This document shows, piece by piece, positions 10,834 through 38,146 of a DNA stretch of 64,000 nt; the first letter of the stretch is position 1, and the number at the start of each line of letters is the position of its first letter. The stretch comes from Lingula anatina (lineage: Eukaryota > Animalia > Brachiopoda). The position numbers and the translations under genes were made by a program. The DNA lies in assembly GCA_051362555.1 (NCBI GenBank), contig CM120642.1:25110001-25174000 (forward strand). Reading direction: 5' to 3'. The notes beneath the pieces are model-generated. The model saw only the letters and a program-made list of their open reading frames with translations, was not told where the DNA came from and made no database searches.

Positions 10834-13800
10834 ATGTTCCTGATAATAGCGGCAAAGAGTTCATCATAGCTTTCATGGACAATGCGTTCGAAAGTGCAGT
10901 CAGTCTGAATCTATTCCTTACAACCAACTACCCGTCTCCTATTCAAGTTCGTATATCTGCTCATTCATCCTATCTCTACCGCCTTCCACTTCGGAGTAGA
11001 ACAGCCAACGTACGTAGAGGTTTAATAACGAAGGTTGAAATTCCTAATAGTTTTGCAATGCAGAGCTCGAGCATAGAGTTTAAAGGAGTCTATTTGTCTG
11101 CAGACGAAGAGTTTATTCTCTATGGTTCCAATGCAGAATCTTATAGTTTGGACGCATTTCTAGCTCTCCCGGTGGATATTCTTGGGCAAGAGTACATAAC
11201 TGGTAGCTACAAAGCCTGTGCAGACACTCTTCCGGCACTTGTAGGACTGATTGGCGTTCACAACAGTACGCAGATAGAAATTACTCCTCCTAATGGTTCG
11301 GATATTATAGTTATGGGCCAGAATATAAATTCTAAAACAGTGATTACTCTCAACAGATTGGAAACCATTCAGATCCAATCTACCAGTGACATCACAGGCA
11401 CAAGAATCAATTCATCAAAACCAGTAGCAGTAATGTCAGGCAATAAGTGCACTAATATTCCTTGTGGAGTTGGTGCCTGTGATCATTTGGTGGAACATAT
11501 GTATCCAATCGATAGATGGGGCTATACGTACACAGTTGTTCCATCAGCTTACCGGCAAAGTGGGGATATTGTCCGCGTTGTAAGCAGTGCTGATGACACA
11601 GCAGTCGACATTACCGGTGTACCACGTTTTGTCCTTCATAGATCCGGGTTCTATGAATTCAAGGTATTAAAGAATGCACCTGTGTTTGTCAATGCCAGTA
11701 AGCCGATTATGGTGTTGCAGTTTACGCAGAGCCAAGGAACAGATAATCTAGAAAGTGATCCATACATGATGGTTGTGCCTGCCATAGAACAATTCTCATC
11801 CAGTTACACCATCGCTACCGCCAATCTTCCTGACAAAGTTTACAAAAACTTCGTAAATATAGTCATCAAGAACAGTTCTAAAGAAGACCTGAGAGTTGAT
11901 GGAGCCGCTCTCGATGGTGTTGAATGGCTGGCCATTCCCGGGACAGACTTTATTGCTGCTCAGCTGAACATCACTGCGGGCACACATCGCATAGAGCATA
12001 TGTCTCCAGTCCAAACTTTCTCGGTATTCTCTTACGGGTTTGCTAAGTACGTTTCTTATGGCTATCCAGGAGGACTGAGACTGGCAAACCTGGACGTGAC
12101 CAAATGTGTGCCGAATACTGGTCAGCCGGCAGATGGCGTTGATAACGACTGTGACATGAAAATTGACGAAGAGCTCTTTAATGGTATTGATGATGACGAC
12201 GATGGCGTAATTGATGAGGATTTGTCTTCCCTACCTCCGGAGGTGGACTTTCCTAAAGATACAGTCATTGTGTCAGGTAAAGAAAAAGATAAGGTGCTTA
12301 AACATTCCTTTTCATCATAAAAAGTTAATGGACTTTTTTTCGAAAATGCCTCTTTGCGCTAGACTACAGCAATATTCACATCTGGACATTTGTGGTTAAT
12401 TTGCAGGCAATGAGACAGGTACTCATAATTTAACAATTGAAACTGGCACCCCAAATGCGACTGGCTCTGAGCGCTGTGTTGCCTATCGCGATATTACCAT
12501 CAACTTCATAGATTCGACCAATGACCATGGCTGTTGGATGGACATAAAGCGCACGTGGGTCGTTCAAGACGGGTGTGGGAACATTGTACAGGCGACTCAG
12601 AACGTGTCCGTGTACAGCTCGTGGAAGGCCTTCCGGGCAGATCCGTCATTCAATTGTACGGGTTTGCTGCAGAGAGTTGGCTGCAACGAGAGCACAGAAG
12701 GCAAGTTTAAGGCTTTTATAATCAAGTTAACGGGATGCAACTTGTGCAGATGTGATAAAAATTGAGGTAAAGACAATATATTTCAAGTAAAATTCAGGTT
12801 GCAATGGCATAAATTATAATCAACTGTTGCTGATATTAACTGTGAATTCGTGCCATATATTTTGCAATGATACCGTTTCAATACTAAGTTTCAGAGATTG
12901 GTCAATGCACAAATACCCCATGCAAAGGGAATGGAAGTCACTTTGCTCTTGTTGATGGTTATAAGTGTAGTTGTGTTCTGCCTGGAGGCGGCGCTAAATG
13001 TATTAAAGGTAGGTAAACGATACGGCGTCTTGAATTCTTGACGTTCGTCTTTTCTCTTTCTGTAACTGTTTTTAAATATTTGAAAAAAATGTTACACAAA
13101 TAGTTTAATTTCACCATGTGGTTTTTATTTAACATACAGCATCGAAATTTTAGTTGCGTCATCCCTAGACTGTTTTCGAAACTCCATTAAGAAAAATTCC
13201 AATCGCAGCTATTGGGAATAAGCGTCAGTTACCTGAAGTAAAAAGCTACACGTGTAAGGTATTTTCTGACCTTATCCCTAATGATCTTATGCCTTCTGCA
13301 ACAGAAGACATGTCTGGTTCTCCATTATCTTTATAGATAAGTGCGCTGGTGATCTTTGCCACAATGGAGGTGTGTGTATCAAGAATGAAACTTCTTACCA
13401 GTGTATCTGTCCAACAGGGTTCCAAGGAAAACACTGTGACCAAATAAGTAATTACTGATAACTTAATAAGTAAGATAAGGTCGAGAAAAAGGAAATGTAT
13501 TTGCAGTACATTTGAGTGAAAATGTTTTTATCGACATTAAAAACGACTTAAGCCCAACAAAAGCATGCAAATTCACGGTGGTGCAAGAATATATCCCACT
13601 GCAATCAAGCATCAGTTGTAGGGGGCATTTTTTATGGTGTGTGTATCTACAACGAGACGGCTTACCAGTGTATCTGTCCACCAGGGTTCTTTGGAAGACA
13701 TTGTGATCAAATATGTAATTATGATAGATAAATGGAAAAATGAAGGGGGGGGTTAATTGCTGTGCAATTGTCCAATTTCTCCACTTGCACTTTCTGCACA

Positions 13801-16800
13801 TAGTAACCAATAATGTTATTACAGGGAGTGCATTGGACCACTATTTTGGAAGAAGATTAATAAAACAAAAACACTTTTTCTACATACCATGAAAAGGTCT
13901 ATTCTGCATTATTGCTGATTTAAGCAAACTAAAATCTCTTCTGTTAACTCCCGGAAGAAGAAGGATAGGGCTATTGCAATCAAGCATCAGTGGTAAAATA
14001 CTGCCTACGGGTCTCTATTGTCTTTTTAGATTGGTGTGCAAGTAATCCTTGTCTCAATGGAAGTGTGTGTATCAACAATGAGACGACATACCAGTGTATC
14101 TGTTCACCAGGGTTACGCGGAAGACACTGTGATCAAATAAGTTAATATTGATTATATTACTATTTTTTAATTTTCGAGTTTGTCTACTTGTTTTATCAGC
14201 CTTGATTACGAGTAGTTACCACTGTTTTAAAAGAAGATTAAATAAACTAATTTCATCAATGAACCATGATAAGGTTTATTCCACGCTTCAACGATTTAAA
14301 CAAAATAAAAAAGTTTTTCTGTCCCAGGAGGTAAAAGTATCAATAATCAGAGTCAGATATTTGTTCTGGCCGAGTCTTATTTTTTTACATTCAATAAATG
14401 TCTACGGACGTCATTTTCTATTTTTAGATTGGTGTGTTGGTGATCCATGTCTCAATGGAGGTGTGTGTATCAACAATGAAACAACATACCAGTGTATCTG
14501 TCCAACAGGTTTCCACGGAGAAAACTGCAGTGAAATAAGTAAATATTACACTGATTACCTTATACGTAAGGCATGGTTAGGACAAAGATTATCTGTTTGC
14601 AGTACACGGTCCAATTTTTTGGTTTTCAATGAGAGAGCTGTGTTGATGTCGGTGTAACATGACAGAGAGTTCCCCATAATATTTTGTACATTTTGTACAT
14701 TTTGTACATTTTTTATTTGTACAGGTAGGCCTCGCCCTAGATTTTGATCCACTTAGGTCAGTCCAACTCTAACCATTATAACTAAATGGAGGGCGAACTT
14801 TCTGTTACACAGACCCTCAGCTTCGTTACACCGGTATAGCGTCATGTTTTGTCCATTCCACGAAAAGAGAACTACATTGCATAGGGTCGAAAATTATTAT
14901 TATTATTAGTTTGAAGCGTTATCTTTACAAAGTCGTCCTTACCATGCACCACGACAAGTTTTTCCCACATTTAAAATGTTTTTAGCTAAACAAGGATTCT
15001 TACTCTCGCAGTAGACCTATAGGCTTTATTGCAGTCAAGCATCAATGGTAATAGAGACAGGTCTTTCGGATGAAGGTATCTCATTTTTTCTTCATTCAGT
15101 AACTGTCTACGGCCTTTCTTTGTCTCATTTTAGATAGGTGTGCTGGTGATCCTTGTTTCAATGGAGGTGTGTGTATCAACAATGAAACGACTTACCAGTG
15201 TATCTGTCCAACAGGGTTCCAAGGAAAACACTGTGACCAAATGAGTAAATATTGACTGTATTACTATCTATCTATTTGGAGTTTGTCTACTTTTATTTTG
15301 TACATTGTTGCCACTATTTTGGAAGATTTTTTTAAAACCATTTCATCTATGAAACAAGATGAGGTTTATTTCACAATTTTAAACGATTTCAGCGAAAAAA
15401 CTTTTTTCTGCTAACTTCTGTAAGTAAAGTTATGGCGACCATGGCAGTGAAGCATCAATGGTTAGAGACAGGGTTTTCAGATGACCGCCACTCTTTACTT
15501 TCTCCATTTAACAACTGACTTCAGACCTTCCTTGTCTGTTTTTAGATTGGTGTGCTGGTGATCCTTGTCTCAATGGAGCTGTGTGTGTCCACAATGAGAC
15601 GACTTACCACTGCATCTGTCCACCAGGATTCCATGGAAGGAATTGTGATCAAATAGGTAAATAATGATAACTTTTGAAATACAGAAGGCATGGTTGAGAA
15701 AATACAAAATGGTTTTGCAGTACAGGCGAATAAAAAGTTTTCCTTGGATTAAGCAAAACAAAAATACAGTGCAAACATTTGAAAATACAGGAATAAGTTC
15801 TATTGCAATCAAGCATTAGTAGTTTCGGTTCAACAGACCTCCATTGTCTTTTTAGATTGGTGTGTCGATGATCCTTGTCACAATGGAGGGGTGTGTATCA
15901 ACAATGAGACGACTTACCAGTGTATCTGTCCACCAGGATTCCATGGAAAAGATTGTGATCAAATAAGTAAATATTATACTGATTATTTAAAAAGAAAATT
16001 GTCTTTTGTCACATATTTTGGTTTTTCATTGAGAATTTCTACGTTCATATGTAAACTTGTTTGTTTTATCCGTTTCACTTTAAAGTAAACTACATTGTGA
16101 TGTACAATGTACATGGTGTTCGACATGAAATACAAATAATAATAATGTTTATTTGAGTCTAAAACCCAAATTTGTACAGTAGACTTTACAATGCAATGTG
16201 AATAGATAATGAAAATGCTAGAAAAAGAAAAGAAAAAGTATTAAAACAAGAAAAATTTATTTAAAAATAATGTAAAAAATAAAATTGTAACTTTATCACT
16301 CACTTTAAAAAGTTGTTAATAAAAGCCTATTCTTAAATTTTGAAAAATGAGAATTGAACTGAAAAATTCTATTATAAATTAAAACAGTTTTAAGCAACAC
16401 TTAACGGAGGTAGAGGGACAGGATCTACAGGTATTGAAATCAAGATCCAATGGTAAGTGACAAACTTTGTTTTACTGTATTTTATTTTCTAAATGAAATA
16501 ACTGTCTACGGGCCTCCTTTGTCTTTTAAGACTGGTGTGCTGGTGATCCTTGTCTCAATGGAGGAGTGTGTTTCAAGGGTGAGACGACCTACCAGTGTAT
16601 CTGTCCACCAGGATTCCATGGAAAACATTGCGATTACAGTAAATATCGATGAATCAATGAACAAAACAGAGTTGGACGGTATTTGCTGGACACATCCTTT
16701 TCAGAATGTCTGTTTTTTTTCTTTTAACATCGTACAACTAGCCTGCTTAATTAAATGTTTTACTGATGATTAAACAAGTAGCAAGGGTTGAGAAAAAAGA

Positions 16801-19800
16801 AATGCATTTGCAGTACATGCACTTGTCCTATATTTTCGTTTACTTTTTCGAAGCTTGTCTACTCAATACTTTTCTGCATTAATTACACTTACTCAGCATT
16901 GATATAATGACATAAGTATACTGTACATAACTACTACTTTTAAGAAAGAATGCTTTTTTCACGGTACATATACAAAAAGTTTATTGTACATTTCACACTA
17001 TAGAAAAAATTGAAAAACGTTTTCCCGCTAGCGCCCGAAAAAAAATAATATAATGCATCAGTGATTAACAAAGAGGAATTTTTAAGACAACCCGCCATAT
17101 TTTGTACAATAGACAACTGTTTATGGGTCTCCATTGTCTCTTTTTAGATTGGTGTGCTGGTAATCCTTGTCACAATGGAGCTGTGTGTATCATCAATGAG
17201 ACGACTTACCAGTGTATCTGTCCAACAGGATTCCATGGAAGACATTGTGATCAAATAAGTAAATATTGATTACAGGTCTGGATGGTATTTGCTGTACACA
17301 CCCATGTCTATATTTTCTGTTCTATCTTTGAGGATTTCGGAGCCAAGTAGACTTGTACAGTTGGCAGGCGATTTGTATACTTTCCATAATCTTTTAAAAG
17401 AGACATTGTTCAGTTAACTACTTGTAATATATGTATTTATTTGAAGCACGCATAAGTTGCAAAAATATAAGTTAGTGTCATCCCCAGAAATGCACTGCGT
17501 GACGTCACGCCTAGCCCACTGCGAATGCGTGCATTTTTAATGAGTTGCTAGATTGCTATAGGAAAATGAATGGGTTCGCGATTCGTGGGTAATTCGTGAG
17601 AATTGACAAAGTAACGGCCTGATGTCGATAGACAGAAACGCTGTGCTATGCTTCAAGCAACTCCTGACCAAATATCGCTAGGGTTTTTTTAAAAATTCTG
17701 TTGTACACACGTACTAAGAAGTTTGCCGTATATTGCCTAGCCTACCCTCAGCAAAACGCAAATATTTTCAGTAATAGTGATTTTAGACGGTAAATTCATT
17801 CAGAAACAAAGGCAAATTAATTCGTTGCCGATAGCACCAGCAGATAGCAGCAACATACAGAGTCTGATGAAAAACTTTCATGGCAATTGGAGATTTTTTA
17901 CCACTGTACAATGGAGTCCAAAAAGAGCACTTGGCACAAATGTAAAACTGCCCAGTGCAAGGCCAAGAATTCAATCAGTATTTTCAATCATATTATCAGA
18001 TTCTACATAAATTGACTGACCATATCACTACTCAGTATTTAACTAATCTCTTAATCCAAAATTCCTATCATCATTTAATAATTATGCAAAATTCTTCTTT
18101 CAGATTGCTATTTATTTAAATTTTTTATGCTACAACTGTTCCAAAATAATCTTGTAGTAAAGGAAAAATGCAAATAAGAAGTGGAAGACCAATTTTAACC
18201 ACATTATTCAATTATTTGAATATAAAAAGAATAAGATCACGATTTAACAAATTAAAATAATCTTTCATGAACTCTTTCATGAATAACATATTAAACAAAA
18301 ATAAAAGTTATAAATCAGTGGTAATGGCTTATTCTGGAATATATGACCTCTGCACATCATCAGTACCTGACTTGGTACAGTATAGTTACTACTTGGATAC
18401 AGAGTTAGATTTAATAATGTAACAATAAGAACAATATATATTATAATAATAAACTTCTCTGCACATATCAGACGCTTGTTACCATGAACTAACACTACTT
18501 GACAATGGGCTGAGCACTTATCACAGAGTCTGTGTGCGATGCCATTGTTGTGCTGTGATTGGTTAGTTGAGTCACGTGAAGCCCTACTGTTGCGCCCTCG
18601 CGTATCGCGTGAATGCTGCACATTTCTGGCCATGCGTGGAAAAATCATGACTTTAGCATAGTGCAGGATTGATGTCTGAGTCAACTATCTAATATTACTG
18701 CAACACGTAAAATATACCTTGATCATGCATTTTTGTGCTTTTATTTGACAGATTCTCCTGCGAGATAAGGCAACATGGCAAGATAAAAAAACATTGATTG
18801 CAAGTTGTATGGACTCTTATTAAATATTGTTTAATTTAACAAGTTTATCTGATTCCAGTTGAAAATTCGACCACAGCCGAGTCAAATGCCCTTGCAGCTG
18901 CCCAAAAGACGAGCCCTGGCAGTATCACCGTTGTTGTCCCTTCTGTCACAGCAGCTGGAGTGGCACTGGTATGCGTGGTTTGCATTGCCGCTGCATTGTG
19001 GAAGCGGAAACAGAAGAAAAGGTATTTCGGTTTTGGTGCTGTCTGCTTTTTGCTAGTTTTAGGGACTCAAAAGTTGGAACTTTGTAAGAATTTGGAAGAA
19101 AAATGTGTGTAAATAAGTAGAATTGCGTGTCTCATTTTCAAGTTATTTAATATTTTATTCGATTATTTGATTTATAGTTAATTATTTGATTAATATTTAG
19201 TTATTTAGTTCATTCCATGTATATTATTACTTTGTAGAAGAACTAAACTGGACATTGTTCTCGCAACAAATGACGACCCCTTTCATTTTCTTATTTGTAC
19301 ACATTAATTCAATTATCATTCATTTGTTTGATTATCTGTTGTCTATTTTGTTTTTATTGGAGGATTGCTGAACGTCTATTTTACTATTTATAGGAAAATT
19401 AAACCTGCCCCGAGTGATGCCCCCTTGGACCAAGAAGAACAAAATGACGTAGAAGATGATGATGAAGACATTCCATGTTCTCCTCCTTCAGAAGCCGTTA
19501 TCGCAGACCCACCAGCAACTGCCGTTTTCTCAGCGACTCCTTCTGGATCAGGCTCCGAAAGGTTACACACCGGAAATAATGAGAATAGTAAGGGCGACTT
19601 GGACCGAGAGGAACAAGCTGACGTAGAAGATGATGATGAAGAGACTCCATGTTCTCCTCCTTCAGAAGCCGTTATCGCAGACCCTCCAGCAAATGCCCTG
19701 TTCCCAGAGACTTCTTCCGGCTCAGGCTCCGAAGGGTTACACACCGGAAGCAGTGAAAATAGTCATGGCGACTTGAAAGTGATCGATCCTGGACAATCGG

Positions 19801-19898
19801 ATCAAAGTCATGGTATTACGGCTTCAGGTGACGAAGCACACCTCGTCGGAAGTTCGAAGGAAGCACTCCCTCGGCGACTGCCGCCTTTGCACACATAA
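10497..19898 (+). CDS. Copy 2: type-I membrane protein, FCGBP-N-like + HYR-like + 5-Cys EGF + 8 EGF repeats + TM + 2-repeat tail (~1155 aa)
   Basis: Exons 10497-10560 ([21 protein letters not shown]), 10834-12276, 12407-12700 (GC donor), 12895-13008; EGF exons 13337-13447, 14030-14140, 14428-14538, 15134-15244, 15546-15656, 15856-15966, 16531-16638, 17148-17258; TM 18859-19021; tail 19394-19898 ([10 protein letters not shown]). Total 3468 nt in frame. Confidence 0.85.
10834..12276 (+). CDS. Copy 2 large exon: IgGFc-binding protein N-terminal-like domain
   Basis: ORF 10740..12320; acceptor tttag|ATGTTCCTGAT, donor TCAG|gtaaag; same motifs as copy 1. Confidence 0.9.
13337..17258 (+). repeat. 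Tandem EGF exon+intron units of copy 2 (8 intact, 1 broken)
   Basis: Repeated 108-111 nt phase 1-1 exons of type [36 protein letters not shown], each with homologous flanking intron sequence. Confidence 0.9.
13636..13714 (+). pseudogene. 5'-truncated EGF pseudo-exon
   Basis: Encodes [26 protein letters not shown] but lacks the acceptor and the WC..PC half. Confidence 0.75.
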
Positions 19899-20798
19899 AA
19901 TTGTGTACAATGCCACAGTAGTATAGGGTGTTTTGTAATTTTTTCGCCATATTTGATATAACAAAAGGGAAATAAGGATGGATTGCACAATGTACAGTGT
20001 ATATGCGAATTTCTGCTTGGACACAGAGAAGGGACAGCTTTGCCAGCCGAACTTTGTGCCAATTGTGATTTTTTCAGAGGTATGGACATGGTCTACCTTG
20101 GAGATCAAGAGACAATTGCTGAAAATTCCAGGAATTTATGTTACTATGCCACTATTTAACGCGCACTCTCATGTCTTTTAACCTTCTATGTCTAACCAGA
20201 ACCACGTAATAATATAGCAATGGAAGATGATGATGCCGCCTTTGCATGCACATAATGGCTTAAAACGCAGTAGTATACAGTAGCATAGGGTGTAAAGTAC
20301 TAGTTTATGGTGTTTTTTTTTTTTTTTTTTTTTTTTTTTTGTTTTGTTTTTTTGCGGTATGTTATACCTGAGTAATGATGGCAGTGCTAGGTTGATACCA
20401 GGCCAGAGATTGCTTATGCTTACCAAAACCAACATGAAATACAACGTTTATACCTTGTATACTTGTCTTATTTTTTCATTGAGAACACACATTTTAAAAT
20501 GATTCAATAGGCCTTTTGCAGCTAGATGGCTAGATGTTGACTTATTTTTTACTGCTCTTCAGCATTCTTTTGTTTACTGCAAGCTCTTCAGTAAACAGAA
20601 GAAGTTAACATCTAGCCATTCAAACGAAGCTGCAAAGGTCTATCAGAAGTGGAGAAATATCAGATAAGTCTATTGGTCAAATGAAGCTGTTTGCAATTTT
20701 TTTTACAAAAGTTTGCAAGTTCATCACTTTGTGATAATGTTAAAAATCTTATACTTTTGTTCTTCGTGTGTTTGCCAATTTTCCTTTAATAGCTTCTT

Positions 20799-20804
20799 AT
20801 TAAA
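20799..20804 (+). promoter_or_regulatory. Candidate polyadenylation signal (ATTAAA) of copy 2
   Basis: Lies in a 3' block that recurs after copies 3 and 4 (ATTAAA near 41890 and 57691). Confidence 0.4.
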
Positions 20805-21874
20805 ATACAGATATGTATACGGCTGTGTTACAGTGAAACTACATATCCTCTGAGCAACGACAAACTTAAATCAAGTATGGGCTTTGTGATACTCAATCGA
20901 GTCAATATTATGCTGTCGTTATTTTCATATCAAATACTTGGAGAAACTTGTTGTTCAGTTGAACGGGCTACCAGACAAGTAATTCAGCCCAATTATGTGA
21001 ACCTTTACCCGTCTGGTGCTTAGAAAAACTTGCACTTTCAATAAATTTACGATTGGATACGACTGTGTCAACTTGATACTTTCTATGAGGGTTCAAATCA
21101 AACTTGGTTTTCAATCTAATGGCTTGGTAAATCAACGACAACGCCAAAAGTAAACAAAGTGGTGATTGTTGCTTCCTATTAATCAGTCGATGTAATATTA
21201 TGCTACCGTATCAAACAGATTTTCATGTGAAAAGGAACATGTTGGGTAAATTATTTTTTACAATTAATCATCAACGGCAGTCATAACAAAACAAGAAAGA
21301 GACGCTTTTAAATAGTCAGAGAAAGTTTTATCGCTGTTGACTTGCTGGTATTTCTATTTTGTAAGACCTTCACCGCCTCCTTTGATTTATCACATTTAGA
21401 CTAGCGACACCTACGTCTGTTACATGTATGAAATACCTCCCTTTAGGTCTGGTAACAGCTATGTCCCTTGCCTCTTATATTAGGGCCCCACTAAAGCACA
21501 TTGTACATGTACTACACAAAATCACACGCTTTCAACATTACTAGCGCACCCTATGGTCAGAGTACCTCAATCCACTGGTCGGGGGTTGGACACAAGGCCA
21601 ATACAGTCCCTATAACACGCCTTGGTCTAAATTATTTGTCACTGAAGAGAATCTGTGGTGTTCGATGTCACAAATCTTTTTTCTTTCTCTTTTTAAGAAT
21701 GGGGTATTTCTGTGTATAAAGAATGCCCTTTTATATAAAGATAAATAATAGGCGTAAAGCTGTTTGCTTGTTTCTTGTGACCTGTAAAATAACTCTTCAT
21801 AAGGGCTGTGTAGAAAATAGAGAAGGCGTCAGAAGCAGTCTGTCCCAGAAGAGGTAAAAGAGTCACCGTGAAAA

Positions 21875-37934
<16,060 letters not shown>

Positions 37935-38146
37935 TGAGGCTTATGCTACGTTAGTTTAGAGAGAATTATTTTGCGATTATATCGCCATACGTTATGTTAC
38001 AGAAGGACAATATTTCAAAAGGAGACACTATTGGATGTATTTGCGAAATTCAGTTTTGACACCGAGAAATTGGGAGGGGGGGGGCACGCTTCAATTCCCC
38101 GAATATTATGTCCATCTCCTCCGAAACAAAATCCTTGGATCGCAGT

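Noticed and set aside
13337-17258. Regularly spaced repeats as a CRISPR-like array
   Set aside because: The repeats are 108-111 nt EGF-coding exons with AG/GT splice sites and homologous introns; eukaryotic context and no cas genes.
17340-18700. Possible transposon between the last EGF and TM exon of copy 2
   Set aside because: Non-homologous to paralogous introns, but I could not define convincing TIRs, TSD or coding remnants.
10497-19898. Notch, Delta/Serrate or Crumbs orthologue
   Set aside because: EGFs are Notch-like, but there is no DSL, LNR, ankyrin or laminin-G region, and the N-terminus is an FCGBP-N-like domain.
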